64,000 bases of DNA from Ignavibacteriales bacterium (GTDB lineage: Bacteria; Bacteroidota; Ignavibacteria; Ignavibacteriales; DAOSCP01): assembly GCA_035361425.1 (NCBI GenBank), contig DAOSCP010000012.1:20633-84632 (forward strand), written 5' to 3'. Shown piece after piece: positions 60,514 to 64,000 of this stretch. Position numbers and translations under genes: made by a program. Below the pieces are notes generated by a model. The model was not told where the DNA came from, did not search any database, and saw only the letters and a list, made by a program, of their open reading frames with translations. Position 1 is the first letter of the stretch; the number at the start of each line of letters is the position of its first letter.

Positions 60514-62769
60514 TTAATCATCTAAATTTATAGAATCATTTAATAACTTAGCTATTTCATCATCAATATTAATATCCAAATTTGGTTTTGGTTTCTCTTT
60601 TGGTTTTTCCTTTTCTTTAATTTCTTCTTGTTGCTTTAATTTTTCATCAACATTTTGTTCTAATAAACTTTCTAAATTTAAATCAACTTGAGTATTTTCT
60701 TGTTCAACATTTAAATCTGTATCTAAAATATTTATCTCTGTATCAAAGTTATCAATCAATTGATTATTTCCACTTTGATCATCAACTTTAGAACTTAAAT
60801 TATCATCGATATTCAGTTGAGAGATTAAATCATCAGTTTGGGGAACATTTAAATCTGATGTAATATCATTTGTTAGATCAATATTCTCGATCTCGCCTAA
60901 AATATTTTCTGGAATGTTATCTGTAGAATTACTTTGTTCTTCCGGGTTGATACTGTTTAATAAATCATCCTCAACATTTGTATTTTCATTAAATTGTTCA
61001 AAATTTTCATCCAATAAATTATCTGGAATTGTTTCATCCTCATCGGTTTCAATAGCTTCAGATAAATCAAAATCATCTATATTAATATCAATATCTTGTT
61101 CAGTTTCATTACTATCTTCAAAATTATCGATATTTGGTACTTCGTCAATTCTTTTGTTTTCATCTGGTAATTGTTGAATGTTATCAACAAGTTCAACTAA
61201 TTCATCATTAATTTCTTCGTCAACATCAGCAAAGTTAACCTGCTCTTGCTCACTATTTTCATTTATAAAATCATCAGAATCTGCAGCTTCAACTGCTACC
61301 TTTTCGTTATCGCCTATTATTAAAGTTACACCTTTATCATTATAGTTTGCTGTTAAAATAGTATCATCATTATTTAAATCTTCATCATAGTTATTATCAG
61401 GAACTGTATATAAACTTTTTTTATCAAGCTGAGATTTTGGCTTTGTAAAAGATTCACCAGTTGAATATGCATGAGAAAGTATTATTTCATTCAATGTTTT
61501 TGTTAAAGACTCAATTTCTTTTTCTAAATTTTTCTTAATGGTTGATTTATGGTCAATTTCATTCTTCAGTTTCGTTACAAATTGAGAAAGTTCATTTTCT
61601 TCTTTATTAAGAACTTGCACTTTTTGAGCAATTATTTGCTCATTCTTTCTGAGTTCTGTAATTTTTTCTCTAACATTTAATAACTCTTCTTTAAGAGCTT
61701 CTAAATCCTTACGTTTACTGATAATTTCTTTTTCAAGTCTAGTATTATCAATTTCACTTTCAAGAATAGATTTTCTTAATTTAGCTTTTCTATCTTCGAG
61801 TTCATTAACATCGCTAAATAATTTTTGTATAAGTTCTGTAAAATCTTTTTCGAAGCTTAAATTTCTCTGTTTTGTATTAAATTCAGCTGCTTTTAATTCT
61901 TCGATATTATGATTTAATTCAGCTATTCTTTCTTTTTTATTTTGTAAAGTTTCATTTAAGCTATTAATACTTGCATTTAGCTCAAATTCTTGTTTTTTCA
62001 ATTCTCCAATTTTAGCAACAATAGCGTCATATTCTTCTTTAATCAACATTAAATTTTTATTTTCTTTTTCAACTAAAAGTTTCTGATCAGAAAGTTGCGA
62101 TTTAACCTCACTCAATTCTTCAATTAATTCATTTTTCTTATCAGAAAGCTCCAGGAATTTATGATTAAGTGCATCGATTTTTTTATCCATATATCCTTTA
62201 TGGCTTTCTAATTCTTTAGCCTCAATATTTAATTTTTCTATTTGTTGAGTTAATTGTTCAATTGAATAGTTTTTTGTTGATTCTAATCTTTCCAGCTCAT
62301 TAATTTTATCTTTTAGTTCATTTAATTTATTCTCAAATTCATTTATAGTATTTTTATAATCCGATATTTCATTTTCCAGCTTTTCAATTTGAGATTTTTT
62401 GTAATTATATTCATTATTTACATTAAATAGATCTTCTTTTCTTGCGAATAGTTCTTTTTCAGCTAAATTAATTTTATCTTGCAACTCTTCGTATTGTTTG
62501 GAAGCATTGTTATATTTTTCAACATAAGATTTAAATTGGGATTCAAAATTTTCAAATTCACTCGAAAATCTTTGAATCATTTGTTTTAATTCTTCTTCTT
62601 CTTCTTTTCTTTCATCAATTCTTGTGAGTATTTCTTTTTCTTTCTCTTCTGCTTCTTTGATTCTATTTTCTAATGCCTCAATAGTTCCGATTTTTTGTTC
62701 ATACTCTTTAATAATATTGAGAGCATTATCAAGTTCTTCTCTTAACTGACTTGAACCAAATAAACCCAT
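60514..62769 (-). CDS. Large coiled-coil protein with an extremely acidic D/E/N-rich C-terminal half. Function unknown.
   Basis: 751 aa with an AGGAG SD. The first ~440 aa are heptad-rich (E/K/L/N). The last ~300 aa are low-complexity acidic (..DDFDLSEAIETDEDETIPDNLLDENFEQFNENTNVEDD..). No transmembrane segment or signal peptide is seen. Confidence 0.6.
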   Translation of the reverse strand: MGLFGSSQLREELDNALNIIKEYEQKIGTIEALENRIKEAEEKEKEILTRIDERKEEEEELKQMIQRFSSEFENFESQFKSYVEKYNNASKQYEELQDKINLAEKELFARKEDLFNVNNEYNYKKSQIEKLENEISDYKNTINEFENKLNELKDKINELERLESTKNYSIEQLTQQIEKLNIEAKELESHKGYMDKKIDALNHKFLELSDKKNELIEELSEVKSQLSDQKLLVEKENKNLMLIKEEYDAIVAKIGELKKQEFELNASINSLNETLQNKKERIAELNHNIEELKAAEFNTKQRNLSFEKDFTELIQKLFSDVNELEDRKAKLRKSILESEIDNTRLEKEIISKRKDLEALKEELLNVREKITELRKNEQIIAQKVQVLNKEENELSQFVTKLKNEIDHKSTIKKNLEKEIESLTKTLNEIILSHAYSTGESFTKPKSQLDKKSLYTVPDNNYDEDLNNDDTILTANYNDKGVTLIIGDNEKVAVEAADSDDFINENSEQEQVNFADVDEEINDELVELVDNIQQLPDENKRIDEVPNIDNFEDSNETEQDIDINIDDFDLSEAIETDEDETIPDNLLDENFEQFNENTNVEDDLLNSINPEEQSNSTDNIPENILGEIENIDLTNDITSDLNVPQTDDLISQLNIDDNLSSKVDDQSGNNQLIDNFDTEINILDTDLNVEQENTQVDLNLESLLEQNVDEKLKQQEEIKEKEKPKEKPKPNLDINIDDEIAKLLNDSINLDD

Positions 62770-62895
62770 TTTTACTCCTGATTTGATATTTCAAAAATAA
62801 TCAAATATCATTCCAAATCAAAATTTTTCTTTAAAATAGCAATTTTTTTATTTACTCAAATTTCATTATTTTTGTAATAAAATGAAAGTTTTCTT

Positions 62896-64000
62896 ATGAT
62901 AACAGTAAGTCAAGATCAAGTAATAAGAAAAACAAGAGTTATTTTCATAGATTTAATACGTGCATTTGCTGTTTTTATGATGGTTCAAGGCCATACAATT
63001 GATGCACTACTTAGTAATGAATATCGAACTGGATTGAATCCTTTATTTAATATATGGAATTTTTTCCGTGGATTAAACGCTCCAATTTTTATATTTACAT
63101 CTGGTGCCGCGTTTACTTACCTTTTTTTGCAAAAAGAGCTACCTTTTAATGAAAACCCGCGTGTTAGTAAAGGAATTAAAAGATTTCTATTGTTACTTTT
63201 TCTTGGTTATTTAATTCATATACCAACTATTTTTCCATCAGAATTTTCAAAAATTTCAACAGCACAATGGCTTACTTTCTTCAAAGTAGATGCATTACAA
63301 GTTATAGGTGTAGGTATATTATCTATCATTATTGTCCTTTATGTAGTTGAAAAACTAAAATTAAACCCATATTATACTTTTTTATTTTTATCAATTTTTG
63401 TAGCATTAATATCTCACTATACGTTAAAAATCGAATGGGCCAATTATTTACCACTACCTATTGCATTATATTTTTATTACGGACCGCAGAATCCTGATGG
63501 CATTTATACTTTATTTCCAATATTCCCATGGCTTTCTTATATTTTTGCAGGATCATTTTTAGGAGTATTTTTGGCAAAACACCCAAAAGTCTATAAAACC
63601 AAATGGTTTGGAATAAAAATAATTTTATGGGGACTTTTATTAATTTTAACTTCACTAATATCTATAATGATTGAAAATAATGTTAAAGGTTACAACACTT
63701 TCTGGGAAAATCCATTTCTCGTTTTTAATAGAATAGGAATAGTATTAGTTTTTAGTGGTATTATTACTCTATTAACATTAAGAATTGATAAAATTCCAAG
63801 AATTGTAGTTTTAGCAGGACAAAATACATTATTAATATACATAGTGCATTTGATGTTAGTTTATGGTTCACCTATAAACCTTGGCCTTTCCTATTTATTT
63901 TATAGAAAACTCGGACCAATTGAAGCTGTTCTTTTTGCTATACTAGTTCTATTTTTGATGGGATTAATGGTTAAAATTCTTGATATCATAAAGCCTAAAT
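62896..64000 (+). CDS. DUF1624 / heparan-alpha-glucosaminide N-acetyltransferase-like membrane acyltransferase. 3'-partial (open to the window end).
   Basis: Not in the supplied track because there is no stop codon. The ATG at 62896 opens a frame that stays open to position 64000: MITVSQDQVIRKTRVIFIDLIRAFAVFMMVQGHTIDALL..., polytopic. The R-x-x-F-I-D-L-x-R-x-x-A-x-x-x-M-x-x-x-H start is typical of DUF1624. Confidence 0.5.
   Translation, partial: MITVSQDQVIRKTRVIFIDLIRAFAVFMMVQGHTIDALLSNEYRTGLNPLFNIWNFFRGLNAPIFIFTSGAAFTYLFLQKELPFNENPRVSKGIKRFLLLLFLGYLIHIPTIFPSEFSKISTAQWLTFFKVDALQVIGVGILSIIIVLYVVEKLKLNPYYTFLFLSIFVALISHYTLKIEWANYLPLPIALYFYYGPQNPDGIYTLFPIFPWLSYIFAGSFLGVFLAKHPKVYKTKWFGIKIILWGLLLILTSLISIMIENNVKGYNTFWENPFLVFNRIGIVLVFSGIITLLTLRIDKIPRIVVLAGQNTLLIYIVHLMLVYGSPINLGLSYLFYRKLGPIEAVLFAILVLFLMGLMVKILDIIKPK

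Noticed and set aside
1-64000. Search for CRISPR arrays, tRNA/rRNA/tmRNA genes, riboswitch-like GC-rich structured elements, and intact prophage, integrase or defence-island content.
   Set aside because: I saw no regularly spaced direct repeats. No GC-rich cloverleaf-sized islands occur in any intergenic region; the only GC-rich intergenic hairpins are terminators. There are no integrase, recombinase or phage structural genes. The long leaders at 5043-5438, 16641-16954, 44422-44734 and 51696-52186 are nearly pure A/T with no evident conserved structure. Covariance-model scans (Infernal/Rfam, tRNAscan-SE) would be needed to exclude small RNAs formally.

Overview
This is an AT-rich bacterial chromosomal window (about 30% G+C by eye, not computed). 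It holds about 48 protein-coding genes, most of them tightly packed housekeeping or central-metabolism genes. Three proteins carry a T9SS (type IX secretion) C-terminal sorting domain with the '..YPNPFNP..T.I.Y/F..' signature. Together with a type III glutamine synthetase, a Na+-pumping methylmalonyl-CoA decarboxylase and a trimeric [FeFe] hydrogenase, this suggests an anaerobic member of the FCB group (Ignavibacteria/Bacteroidota-like). That placement is inference only.

Clearly recognisable units:
- mmdA / OadG-like / mmdC / mmdB operon (1548-5042, minus strand).
- An eight-gene minus-strand block (9087-16640): metF, a Gfo/Idh/MocA oxidoreductase, a class II aldolase, ddl, an FtsB-like protein, rarA, a YkuD-like protein and a YidE-like transporter.
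- A T9SS-secreted M6 metalloprotease.
- uxs-ugd-lpdA-Pif1 helicase-UDG-family block.
- Nif3 / zinc-ribbon / recG.
- An amidase and histidine kinase pair.
- A GT4 / methyltransferase / YfhO operon.
- A methyl-accepting chemotaxis gene lying divergent to hydCBA.
- glnN.

I found no rRNA, tRNA, CRISPR array or intact mobile element.

The unusual content is gene decay in the first ~9 kb:
- A restriction-modification-like locus with four frameshifts.
- A T9SS beta-propeller repeat gene with five lesions.
- A transposase tail inside a 1.2-kb gene desert.
- Outside this zone, a chemoreceptor gene split by a 1-nt deletion.

I do not see a convincing complete novel multi-gene system. The best candidates for uncharacterised biology are the GT4 / membrane-anchored methyltransferase / YfhO operon, the translationally coupled amidase and orphan kinase pair, a 751-aa coiled-coil/poly-acidic protein, and a small cluster of envelope proteins of unknown function at 42.4-44.4 kb. 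All functional calls rest on motif recognition by eye, because no database search was possible.
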